Assembly: GCA_050331735.1 (NCBI GenBank) | Contig: JBHJGN010000018.1 | Span: forward strand, 9,021-73,020 | Length of the DNA: 64,000 bases | Source of the DNA: Cyanophyceae cyanobacterium | GTDB lineage: Bacteria > Cyanobacteriota > Cyanobacteriia > Cyanobacteriales > JBHJGN01 | Reading direction: 5' to 3' | In this document: positions 20,558-29,625 of the stretch, piece by piece | How positions within the stretch are numbered: position 1 is the first letter of the stretch | Layout of the letters: each line of letters begins with the position of its first letter | Made by a program: the position numbers and the translations under genes | The notes under the pieces: model-generated | Database searches by the model: none | Seen by the model: only the letters and a program-made list of their open reading frames with translations | Told to the model about the DNA's origin: nothing

Positions 20558-22483
20558 CTAAAAGGCTTCCGGTCTACTGACAATCCTCTCAGAATCGCTA
20601 TAGAAAACTGATTTGAGATACCCTGGACCAAGCCGAGCGGGATTAGCAAACTTCCCGCAAGCAGCAATAATTCCCGGCTGTTCCAGAGGTGTTGGTCTGA
20701 TGGCCCAAAGCATTTGCCCATCTTCTAAGTCAATTTTATTCGTAATGGTTGTTTGCTCCGGTAGCTGAGACAGTGCTTCGATCATTTGAGTTGTGTCAGA
20801 ACGTCCTCCGTGTTTCTGTTCGTACCGATTGAGCATGTTTCTAAAGTCACCGATCCGAACATGCGGTGCATTCGTTTGATCAATAGCGTCATCGGCTACA
20901 AGATAAACAGAGGAGCCGCTAGTATTACGAAAGTAAACGTCTTCCATTCCTGCTGGACAACTAATCTTCGCAAAACTGGGTGGATAACTAACGAACTTAG
21001 TGACGATTGTTCCGGCAAACGTCAACAAGATCAGCGCACTTCCCAACAGCCAAAGCAGTAAAGATGACTCTCTAACAGCAGGAATTTGCTGTAATTGTTG
21101 CCAGTTCATCTGACGGACAATCGCAGCGACTCCGAAAGCCGGAATGAGAGCAATAAAGGAAACAGTTGCCATATAGGGACGCATGCCAGCATCCCAAGGG
21201 GGAACAAAAGGCACAGATAGTAAGATACCAAGGGTGGACGCTAAAATGAGAGAGCCGATGGGAGAGTAACGTTGACGATAGGCACTCACTAAACCGTAAA
21301 CACTCAAAATTTGCAGTCCAACGTTAAGTTTTGGATTGTTGTAGTCTGCTGTCGCCACGAAATCGAAGACAAAATCCTCCCAAAGAAAGACTCTCCAAGC
21401 TCTGATACACCCTCTTAGCAAACTCAACGGATCGTCGCGCAGAATCCCAAAAATAATTTGATAAATCCTCTCGGTCGCTTCTTTGTTCGACAACTCCATT
21501 ATTTCAGGATGATCTTTAAAAATAGTTTGCCAATTACCATCAACTAATAGACCGTAAAACGAATAGGAAAAATTAGAAAATGAGGTCGCTTCAGGCGAGG
21601 ACACTAGCTTAAAAATCAAAGAATTTAGCAGAAATGCTAATAAAACAAGACTAAATCCTCCTAAAACAAAGCGGCTAGAAAAGCGATTTGAGCCTTTGAA
21701 CAGTATTGCACCCCACAAAATTAGTGCAGGTAAGATGAAAAATGTGCCAGCCCGGGTATTTAAGGCCAAGGTTAATAAGAAAATACCGAATAAACAGGAA
21801 TTGCTTTGAGATTTTGTCGCGCCTCGCCAAATAAATGCCAGTCCCAATACTCCTAGTGCTAGTCCTAAACTTTCGGTTGAAACAGTACCTAGATAAACTC
21901 GATAATACATAAACGTGACGATAAGCACGAAAACGGCAGGTATTGTTCCATGACTGCGCTGGACTTCGCGAGCGAGGAAAAAACAGGCGATCGCCGTTAT
22001 CAGCACGAGTAGAGCGATCGTAATTTGTAAATTCTGCCGAGTGAGTCCGAGTAGAGTCGCTAAAACTCCATGAGCTAGCGGTCGCCAAGCAGAAATATCA
22101 AAAAACGTTCCCCCCTCCAAAAAATTAAGCGCACTGCTGTAGTAACCAGCAGTATCGGTCATCGTTAACAGTCCAGACAGGACAAAGGCACTTAAATTGA
22201 GTCCGCTTCTCCAGATGCCCGATAGTTGAATCCCGAACAGAGCGAGCGTACCAGCAAAACTAGTGAGTGTTCCTAGCCAACCGGAAGGAAGATAAGCAAA
22301 GTAGAGAAAAATCAGACTTGCAATAAACAAAAAAAGTGTGTCTTCTGATAGCAATAACTGGCTAATTCTACCAGGGACACCGACAATCAAAATCGTTGCG
22401 TAGAGTAACAGGCTAATGCCTACAATTGCTAGCGGATAGAGCAACTGTTGAAGAGATTTTAATGAAAGCTGTCTTAATTTCAT
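20558..22483 (-). CDS. Polytopic membrane protein, probable GT-C-fold glycosyltransferase
   Basis: More than 10 hydrophobic segments; acidic loop motif 'DTAGYY', 'WRPL', 'STESLG', 'LNTRAG' resemble ArnT/PMT-like patterns; soluble C-terminal domain. Confidence 0.6.
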   Translation of the reverse strand: MKLRQLSLKSLQQLLYPLAIVGISLLLYATILIVGVPGRISQLLLSEDTLFLFIASLIFLYFAYLPSGWLGTLTSFAGTLALFGIQLSGIWRSGLNLSAFVLSGLLTMTDTAGYYSSALNFLEGGTFFDISAWRPLAHGVLATLLGLTRQNLQITIALLVLITAIACFFLAREVQRSHGTIPAVFVLIVTFMYYRVYLGTVSTESLGLALGVLGLAFIWRGATKSQSNSCLFGIFLLTLALNTRAGTFFILPALILWGAILFKGSNRFSSRFVLGGFSLVLLAFLLNSLIFKLVSSPEATSFSNFSYSFYGLLVDGNWQTIFKDHPEIMELSNKEATERIYQIIFGILRDDPLSLLRGCIRAWRVFLWEDFVFDFVATADYNNPKLNVGLQILSVYGLVSAYRQRYSPIGSLILASTLGILLSVPFVPPWDAGMRPYMATVSFIALIPAFGVAAIVRQMNWQQLQQIPAVRESSLLLWLLGSALILLTFAGTIVTKFVSYPPSFAKISCPAGMEDVYFRNTSGSSVYLVADDAIDQTNAPHVRIGDFRNMLNRYEQKHGGRSDTTQMIEALSQLPEQTTITNKIDLEDGQMLWAIRPTPLEQPGIIAACGKFANPARLGPGYLKSVFYSDSERIVSRPEAF

Positions 22484-22504
22484 TTTATACTTTCAATTTA
22501 ATCA

Positions 22505-23326
22505 TTAATTAAGAAGCGGCTCTCGGCTAAACAATAGGTCAATATACCCTCGTTGCTTAACCAATTTATTCACAAGTTGCTCGCGAGCAAGTTCCAAGTT
22601 TCCCTGCTTTCCGAGAACGTACATAAAATATTCTCGCTCTTGAAAAAAACCGATGATTTTTTCTGGATCAAATCCTAATTCTTCTACACTAGCTGGCATA
22701 TATTCTAAGGCAATAACTGCATCGGGATTAGCTACTAAAGTTTCTTTCATTCCCAAGCAGACTGGAAACTCATATCCTTGAACATCGATTTTAATAAATT
22801 TGACCCTAGCACGATCTAATTTTGAGAAGACAAAACTATCTACAGACCACAAATCAACAGTAGAAACTTTTTTTAAATCTCGCCCCAAGTCTTTAAACTC
22901 TTTTGTCGCAATCCGATGGTCAGCATGATGGTTTTGATTGTGCCATAATTGAATAGTGCCTTGCGTTTCTCCCACAGCAGCTTGAATAGGAATAATTCTT
23001 TCTTTTTGTTGATTTAGTTTAATAATTTGTCGCAGGCTGACAGAATTTTGATAGTCAGGTTCAAAAGCATAAACCCGAAAGCCTGAAGTAATTGCTTTTG
23101 AAAAAACAACTGAAGTATAACCGATATTCGCGCCAATATCAAGAATATTACCTCCCTGAAAAAGAGCTGGATACCGCTGAGTTAGTCCATAAAAAGGATC
23201 TTCAAAATGGCGTTTGTATAAGAAATAAGCAGTCCAAAATATTTTTTTAAACCAAGCTTTTTCCAGCAAGCCTAACTTCTGAAATCTACGATAAATCCAC
23301 AGCAAAATTTTCTGAAAAACATGCAT
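22505..23326 (-). CDS. FkbM-family methyltransferase
   Basis: ILDIGANIGY, VYAFEP, FIKIDVQGYE. Confidence 0.92.
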   Translation of the reverse strand: MHVFQKILLWIYRRFQKLGLLEKAWFKKIFWTAYFLYKRHFEDPFYGLTQRYPALFQGGNILDIGANIGYTSVVFSKAITSGFRVYAFEPDYQNSVSLRQIIKLNQQKERIIPIQAAVGETQGTIQLWHNQNHHADHRIATKEFKDLGRDLKKVSTVDLWSVDSFVFSKLDRARVKFIKIDVQGYEFPVCLGMKETLVANPDAVIALEYMPASVEELGFDPEKIIGFFQEREYFMYVLGKQGNLELAREQLVNKLVKQRGYIDLLFSREPLLN

Positions 23327-23394
23327 ACTATTTTCTTTATTATTAATTTAATTGGACAGAAATAATTTCAGGCATATTTACGCAAATTATCGGT

Positions 23395-23660
23395 TATCGT
23401 ACTTGAACTTTAGCAAAAAAATAATGCCACTTTCTTGAGTACAGATTCTTAAATCACAAGCCAAATATTAAATTTGCTAGTCGATAGCCAGCCGTTTTTA
23501 ATTCATAGTCTTTTCCTTTCGACAAAATAAAGTACGCTACTGTAATAACCTGCGGTATCTATCGGCCATCAGTAACCAGAAATAAATCAACTATGGTTAA
23601 TGTTTTTTCGATATAAGCTGAGTCAGCTCCATTTCTAACTTTCAATCTTAATATCGCGCT
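23395..23660 (-). pseudogene. Eroded remnant of a paralog of the 20558-22483 membrane protein
   Basis: 23518-23559 encodes DTAGYYSSVLYFVE vs DTAGYYSSALNFLE at 22115-22156 (31/42 nt identical); stops and frameshifts on both sides; boundaries approximate. Confidence 0.6.
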
Positions 23661-23910
23661 GTAGTTACTTGAAAATTGGCTCTTAATCATAATGAATTCG
23701 CTCTATCCTCGTTATACGATCAATTTAGCAAAACTTGATCTGAACTACACTAAGGCACGTCTTTGAAAGAGCTGATTTTTCCTTAACATGCTGAGCACTA
23801 GAAATTTCATGACCTTTGAAGCTATGTCGTCAGGAGTATTTTAGTCTTTCTAAATTAGTCATTCAAATTGAATCAAAATTCTCAAGAGCACATCTCGAAA
23901 AACAGTAATT

Positions 23911-25629
23911 TTATGTATACAAATGATATTTGTCTATAGATCTAAGTAGATAAGGAACGAAAAATAATAACAAAAGACTAAAAATGCTTAAAACAATTCC
24001 GATCTTAAAGGCTGGAGTCCATTGATGAAGAAGTTCTACACTATAAATTCCTTCTTCCAGATTTAGTTCTATGGTTCCATCTTCAGACATATTAATCGGA
24101 GAAGGTTGATTGTTAACATATAAATGCCAAGCTGGATAATAATAAGTGCGTATTCTAATAGTTGATGATTCTTGTACCGTTACGTCAAATCTTCTTTGAT
24201 AACTTTCCCATTGGTTAAGCCTGATTTTTGCTTGACCGTCGGTCACAGAAATTTTCGGTTGTCCGATTACAGGTGTAGGAGGCAATGCTCGACCATCATT
24301 TAATAAAGGACGATATTCTTCAACATCTCTTAAATTATTTTGATAAGGAGCATAAAGTATTTCTTTAAAATATGCTAAATGTTCTATATTACCTCTACCT
24401 GGATTACCAATGGTAACGAATTGACGAGATAATTTGTACCAATATCTAAAATTAGCTAAAAGAATAGCAATAACGAAACAATATAAAACTAATTTAAAGT
24501 TAAATCTTATTTCTAATATTCCTTTAACTGCAACTGCAAACAAAGCGGCACCTGTGAAAGAAAATATTTGCAAGAATCTCCAAGGAAACTGAACCATCTG
24601 TAGGGTGTTACTAGCCTCCCAGATAGGCATGGATAAAGAAGTCATCATAAATAAAACAGCAACAGACATCAATCCCCAACGCCAAGCTTCTTGTCTGACT
24701 TCAGCTTGACTTCGACACCAAATTAAGATAATGCCAGCTACAATTAAGATGGCTAGTGTTTGGTGCGTAACAATATAAGGTATGCTAACTAACTCATTAA
24801 TGTTAGTAGGAAAGAAAGATAAGCCGGCACCGAGCATAGCAGCTTTAAATCCACCAAGAACTCCTTTCATTATTTCGGTATTAACAAAAGATTGTTCTAC
24901 AATGGCTGGCAATAGGTATAAAGACGCTATTCCTAAACCAATCCCAGCAAAAACGATTGCTGCAACGACATTTTTCCAAGCGTAATTAAGTAGAAAAAAT
25001 AGCGTATAAGGTAGCCACACGATGGCACACAGCAATAGGCTAGTAGTGTGAGTTAAAGCGAGAATTGTCCACGATAGGGCTAAAGCAGTGCGCCATTGAG
25101 TTTTTTTTAAAGATTGCTCTGTCACCCACCAAATTAAAGGAATCCATGCTTGAACAAAAATAGAAGCTAAACCTCCTCTCCAGTAGACATCAAGAGCTAA
25201 ATAAGGAGCTGTCATGTAAGCCAATGCTCCTAAAAGAGAAGGAATAATTCCACAGCGGGCGCGCCCAAATAAATAAAAATTAAACCCCGATAGAAATAGT
25301 GCTAGAGAAAAAAGAATAACAACTGTATTTTCTGTACTTAAACCACTAAGTTTAAAGAGTGAACCAAGATAGTAAACTAATGGCGGATAGAAAACAAAAG
25401 TAGGACTGCCATAGCCATAGTTAGTTCCTGCTAGCCAGCGAGGATACCAAATTCCTTCAGCAAATTGTTTAGAGAAATGTTGTAGCCAAGTAACATGAGT
25501 TGGCATATCAGCTTGACCGTTTAATCCATCACGCATCATGACCAAATTAAGCACTATGGTCGCACATATCAAGAGACCGATACACACAATATCCATGGAA
25601 CGAGAAGTTAAACTTTTTTGCATGGTCAT
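23911..25629 (-). CDS. '6-pyruvoyl-tetrahydropterin synthase-related' membrane protein (GT-C-like, YfhO-like C-terminus)
   Basis: DMPTH...WYPRW...GYGSPTFVFYPPL, YMTAPY, YLLPA, QFPWR, YYPAW motifs; many TM helices. Confidence 0.8.
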   Translation of the reverse strand: MTMQKSLTSRSMDIVCIGLLICATIVLNLVMMRDGLNGQADMPTHVTWLQHFSKQFAEGIWYPRWLAGTNYGYGSPTFVFYPPLVYYLGSLFKLSGLSTENTVVILFSLALFLSGFNFYLFGRARCGIIPSLLGALAYMTAPYLALDVYWRGGLASIFVQAWIPLIWWVTEQSLKKTQWRTALALSWTILALTHTTSLLLCAIVWLPYTLFFLLNYAWKNVVAAIVFAGIGLGIASLYLLPAIVEQSFVNTEIMKGVLGGFKAAMLGAGLSFFPTNINELVSIPYIVTHQTLAILIVAGIILIWCRSQAEVRQEAWRWGLMSVAVLFMMTSLSMPIWEASNTLQMVQFPWRFLQIFSFTGAALFAVAVKGILEIRFNFKLVLYCFVIAILLANFRYWYKLSRQFVTIGNPGRGNIEHLAYFKEILYAPYQNNLRDVEEYRPLLNDGRALPPTPVIGQPKISVTDGQAKIRLNQWESYQRRFDVTVQESSTIRIRTYYYPAWHLYVNNQPSPINMSEDGTIELNLEEGIYSVELLHQWTPAFKIGIVLSIFSLLLLFFVPYLLRSIDKYHLYT

Positions 25630-25818
25630 GGTTTTATATGCGTAATGAGTTTTATAAAAAACAGTATTAAATTTTAGAGTAATCTAGTTTCTAAGAGATC
25701 TACTGCTGAAAGACAACTGAGTTGACTGCTAATTTACACCACTTATTGATTTCCCTACTTTAGCTGGGCTTGAATTAGTGACAAAGCCTTCATCGCTAAA
25801 ACAAAATCACTGTTAGGG

Positions 25819-27195
25819 TTAACGGAACTTAATCTTTTTCGCTGCGTAAAGGCACATTTTTAAGAGAACTAGTCCCTCCTTGAAATGCTGAATATTAGAG
25901 CTTCCATAACTTCGCGGGTCATATCTAACGGGAATATCTTGAATTTTTAATCCTAATTTAGCTGCGCCAAAGAGTAAGTCAAAATCTCCAAAAGGATCGA
26001 ATTCTCCAAAGTAGGAACGATTAGCTGCAACTTTTAGATAGTTTTCCCTTGAGATCACTTTAGTGCCACACAAAGAATCTTTGATTTTAGTATTAATTAA
26101 ATAGGAAAGTAGCCAAGCAAAAAAACGATTAGCTAGTCGATTTAACCCAGGCATTGCTGCTGAACTAACAGGATAAATCAGGCGACATCCATTAGCAAAT
26201 TCACATTGTCTAGAGGCGATCGCTTGAAAAAAGTAAATTAAATCTTCCGGTCTAACAGTTAAATCTGAGTCTAATATGATTAGGACATCACCCGTTGCTG
26301 TAGCAAATCCCTGACGCACGGCATCCCCTTTGCCTTTAGCGGTTTGTTTGCTAATTTTAATGTCCCATTCTGCGCCATATTGTTGTTGTACTCGTTGGAT
26401 TTCTTCCCAAGTATTATCCTTTGAATGACCTTCAACAAAGATAATCTCTGTATGCTTACCTAGTTTAGGCATTCGAGTCACGCAATTTTCAATGTTCCCG
26501 GCCTCATTCCTTGCTGGAATAATTACAGAACAAGTCATATTATTCTGATTAGTCGTATTTTTGGGTCTGGGTTTAGCAATAATGTATTCTGTTAAACACA
26601 AGTCGTTGATTAGAGGCAACGGAGCCAAAAATTTATTGAATACAGAAAACAAATGAAAAAAGCGGCGAGGGAACAACATCCGCTTCTCATGATAAATAAC
26701 TTCAAAATCTTCGAGGTTTAGTAAGTTTTTGATATCTTCAAAACTTAACCAATTAAGATTATCGACAGGCATTCTCTGTTTCAAAATAGTTGCTACTTTT
26801 AGAACAGATTCCCAAGCTGGATTGTGAAAAGTTAAAACAACTTTTGTTGAAGGCTTACATAATTTCTGAATATTATTGAAAGCCTTTTGAATGTTTTGGA
26901 GATAGCTAACGGTATGGGTTAAAAGAATATAGTCGAACTGTTTATCAATTTCAAAACTCTCTGGTTCTCCGACATAAAACTGGAAATGGGGAAACCTTTG
27001 CTGGGCCATTTTAATGGCTTCTGGATTAATATCAATTCCATAGCCTGACCTTGGTTTAACCGCTTGTAATAAATCTCCTGTCCCCGTCCCGATAGCTAAA
27101 ACATCTAAATCGGGAGGAATAAAAAACTGGTACGTTTTTTCAATATCTTGATAATAAGCTAGATTCTTTTTTCTCCATCCCTCTAGATCCGCCAT
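25819..27195 (-). CDS. Class I SAM methyltransferase-like domain fused to a GT2 (polyprenol-phosphate glycosyltransferase-like)
   Basis: N-terminal 'VLAIGTGTGDLL..GIDIN'; C-terminal 'SVIIPARNEAGNI', 'VEGHSKDNT', 'GKGDAVRQG', 'ILDSDL', 'DSLCGTK', 'DPFGDFDLL'. Confidence 0.88.
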   Translation of the reverse strand: MADLEGWRKKNLAYYQDIEKTYQFFIPPDLDVLAIGTGTGDLLQAVKPRSGYGIDINPEAIKMAQQRFPHFQFYVGEPESFEIDKQFDYILLTHTVSYLQNIQKAFNNIQKLCKPSTKVVLTFHNPAWESVLKVATILKQRMPVDNLNWLSFEDIKNLLNLEDFEVIYHEKRMLFPRRFFHLFSVFNKFLAPLPLINDLCLTEYIIAKPRPKNTTNQNNMTCSVIIPARNEAGNIENCVTRMPKLGKHTEIIFVEGHSKDNTWEEIQRVQQQYGAEWDIKISKQTAKGKGDAVRQGFATATGDVLIILDSDLTVRPEDLIYFFQAIASRQCEFANGCRLIYPVSSAAMPGLNRLANRFFAWLLSYLINTKIKDSLCGTKVISRENYLKVAANRSYFGEFDPFGDFDLLFGAAKLGLKIQDIPVRYDPRSYGSSNIQHFKEGLVLLKMCLYAAKKIKFR

Positions 27196-27249
27196 AACAA
27201 ATTAACCCCAAACTGTTAATAATGAATAATAATTGTGGATAAAATCAAA

Positions 27250-27615
27250 TTATCGCCAAGAGATTAAAATCACCCCACAGGTGATAAAGCCCAAACCAAT
27301 TAAGCGATTGGGAGAAACAGCTTCTTGAAAAGCGAAATAGCCAAAAAGAACTGAAAATACGTAGATTAAAGAGGCTGATGGCGCAGCAATGCTAAGTTTG
27401 ACGCGCGTCAGCACCATAATATAAGCAATTGCTCCCAATCCGTAACAAGCTAGCCCGAATAACAATTCAGGAGTTGTTACGATTCTCAAAATGTGGCTAA
27501 CAACATTGCTAGAAGTAACTTTTCCCAGCTTTAATGCCCCTAGCTTTAGGAAGAATTGCCCAAATGCACTAGACAGAATCGACATTAGCAGCAGACTAAA
27601 CTCTTGTGGGGTCAT
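27250..27615 (-). CDS. SMR/EamA-like small membrane protein (ArnE/ArnF-like flippase subunit)
   Basis: About 121 aa, four TM, 'GQFFLKLGA', 'LSIAAP..SLIYV', 'FQEAVSPNRLIGLGFI..GV'. Confidence 0.8.
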   Translation of the reverse strand: MTPQEFSLLLMSILSSAFGQFFLKLGALKLGKVTSSNVVSHILRIVTTPELLFGLACYGLGAIAYIMVLTRVKLSIAAPSASLIYVFSVLFGYFAFQEAVSPNRLIGLGFITCGVILISWR

Positions 27616-27987
27616 AATCAAAATTTAAAGTCGTTTTGAAGATTTCCTGAAAAATTGAGTGTTTTAGATCTTTTTATCTAAGCACTTGTATCGAAAACAA
27701 CCAAATTTCTGGAAACCAAAGCTCAAAGGTTTCTTTTTAGCTCGGTAATCTCAAATCAATCATGACAATAGATGAATTCAACTTTTGATTAGTTTGTTGC
27801 CAATTGACTAGTAGTTTGTCCAGTTTACTGCTTACTTACCAAAACCTCCAATAATTGTGTACTTTCTTTGCGAACTAGCTCTGAGCAGCAGTAGTTGTGC
27901 TACATAGAACCTGCGAAAAACTGTCCTGTTCCGCTGGGAGGTAGTTGCGTGAACTTAACTTTCCCGCCGTTCCACGGCAACAACAAA

Positions 27988-28135
27988 TAATACCAATTAG
28001 AAAAAGTAATCGGAGACTTGATGAGTTGGGGGAAAGGGGAAGGGGTAAAGGGAAGCACAGCAGCTCTTTGCCCTTGAACCTCCAATGCTTAGTTAGTTTA
28101 AGGAACTATCTGACTACTTTCGGTCAATGGTATAA
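27988..28135. mobile_element. MITE-like element, copy 2 (148 bp), at the break point of a permease pseudogene
   Basis: Near-identical to 8161-8315. Confidence 0.85.
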
Positions 28136-28716
28136 AAAACGCTGCAACCGAGCCAATTAAGGTATTTTCTAGTAAAGCTAAAAAGCTCAGATTGTCTGAG
28201 CCTGTGCCGATAAACAGGGTTTGGAAAAGTGACGGCGGGACAAAAGCAGCAATAATGCCAGCGACGGTAAAACCGAAGGTGACATCTTTCCACACTATTT
28301 TCCATTAGAAAATACTTGCGAGCTACCTGTCGCCGTCTCTGGAGGCTGGTAATTTTATCTTTCCAGTCGGGCGCATTTTGCTGTCCGTTGTCTTGCCCTT
28401 GGCGCTCATTAAGTCTCTGTCGTGTTTTTTCGATCAGCTTTTTCGGGCGCGTAAACCGCACAATCAGCCATATAAACCGAATTAGCAAGATCCTGCCAAC
28501 ATACTCGTCCACTACAAACTGCCAACTGAGGAAGACGGCGATCGTAAAGCCCAGTTCGATGACCAGATTAGTAGAAGCTAACAGAAAAGTCAGGGAAGGA
28601 ACAAAACCGGCTCCTTTTTTAAACAGAGATTTAGTCGTCGCTAACGCCGCAAAGCTACAGGAACTAGAGATAAAGCAAAAGAAATTCCCCAAAGCAACGC
28701 TTGCTTTTTTGTCCTA
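28136..28716 (-). pseudogene. Permease (DUF318/ArsP-like) pseudogene
   Basis: SVALGNFFCFISSSCSFAALAT...FLLASTNLVIELG in one frame continues as WKDVTFGFTVAGIIAAFVP...ENTLIGSVAAFF in another; no intact 5' end; 3' end abuts the MITE. Confidence 0.8.
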
Positions 28717-28887
28717 TTCTATTTCTCGGAAACTGACAGAAGAGGGATAAACAGAGAGAGAAACTAACCACTAGAATGTATCTTCTAATAGTCTGTTTCT
28801 CTCTATCTAGACGACAGCTTTCAGTTGACAAAACCGCCTTTTAATTCAGGATGCTAATCAAAAGCTTGCGTAAATTTTACGCTTTGG

Positions 28888-29487
28888 TTACTGCGACTGA
28901 AGCTGAGAAACCAGTTGTTCTCGCAGGTCGCTAGGCATTAATACTCGATTAATCGCGTGAATAACGCCATTATCGGCCTGAATGTCGGCGTTGATAACGC
29001 TGGCATTGTTAACGATGACTCCAGCGGAATTCACCAGAACAGCCACCCCACCACCGAGAGTATCTACAGTTCCCGTTGAGATTTCACTGGAGGTCACTTC
29101 GCTAGGAACAACATGATAGGTCAGCACCTGCTTGAGCAGTTCCTGATTCTCTGGCTGAAGCAGATACTCGAGCGCCCCATCAGGAAGCTCAGCAAAAGCT
29201 TCGTCAGTCGGAGCAAAGACAGTGTAAGGACCACCTGAAGCGAGCGTGTCCTTCAATCCAGCAGCTTCAACAGCCTGGACTAAGGTATTAAAACCTTGAC
29301 TGTTAGCGGCGACAGTAACAACGCTATTGCCCATATCGCTCTGGGACTCCTGCTCCATCATTTGCGCTGATGAATCCTCGTTCATGGATTCTGAAGTATG
29401 GTTATCTGCTAAGGCAGGAGCGACGGCTAAAACGCTCATTCCCACAGCACTCGCAAATAGAGCAACTTTTTGTGTCAGGTATTTCAT
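28888..29487 (-). CDS. Secreted fasciclin (FAS1) domain protein
   Basis: Signal peptide; YTVFAPTDEAF, LTYHVV, NGVIHAINRVL. Confidence 0.93.
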   Translation of the reverse strand: MKYLTQKVALFASAVGMSVLAVAPALADNHTSESMNEDSSAQMMEQESQSDMGNSVVTVAANSQGFNTLVQAVEAAGLKDTLASGGPYTVFAPTDEAFAELPDGALEYLLQPENQELLKQVLTYHVVPSEVTSSEISTGTVDTLGGGVAVLVNSAGVIVNNASVINADIQADNGVIHAINRVLMPSDLREQLVSQLQSQ

Positions 29488-29519
29488 GATTTTTGTAAAG
29501 TTTGCTTGACTTTGAATAC

Positions 29520-29555
29520 ATTATACAGTACCAAAATTTTACAAAGCTTTACATC
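29520..29555 (-). promoter_or_regulatory. TATAAT -10 box plus HLR1-like (RpaB) direct repeat upstream of the fasciclin gene
   Basis: TATAAT on the minus strand at 29520-29525; TTTACAAA-GC-TTTACATC on the plus strand at 29538-29555 fits (G/T)TTACA(T/A)(T/A)-N2 repeat with one mismatch. Confidence 0.55.
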
Positions 29556-29625
29556 CTACCAGAGGGAGAAAGCTTCCTTCTCGGATAAGGGTGTTATCGC
29601 TTATTAATTCCGTGCAGACTCTTGG

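Noticed and set aside
27900..28160. ORFs 27900-28085 and 27945-28160
   Set aside because: Mostly translations of the MITE
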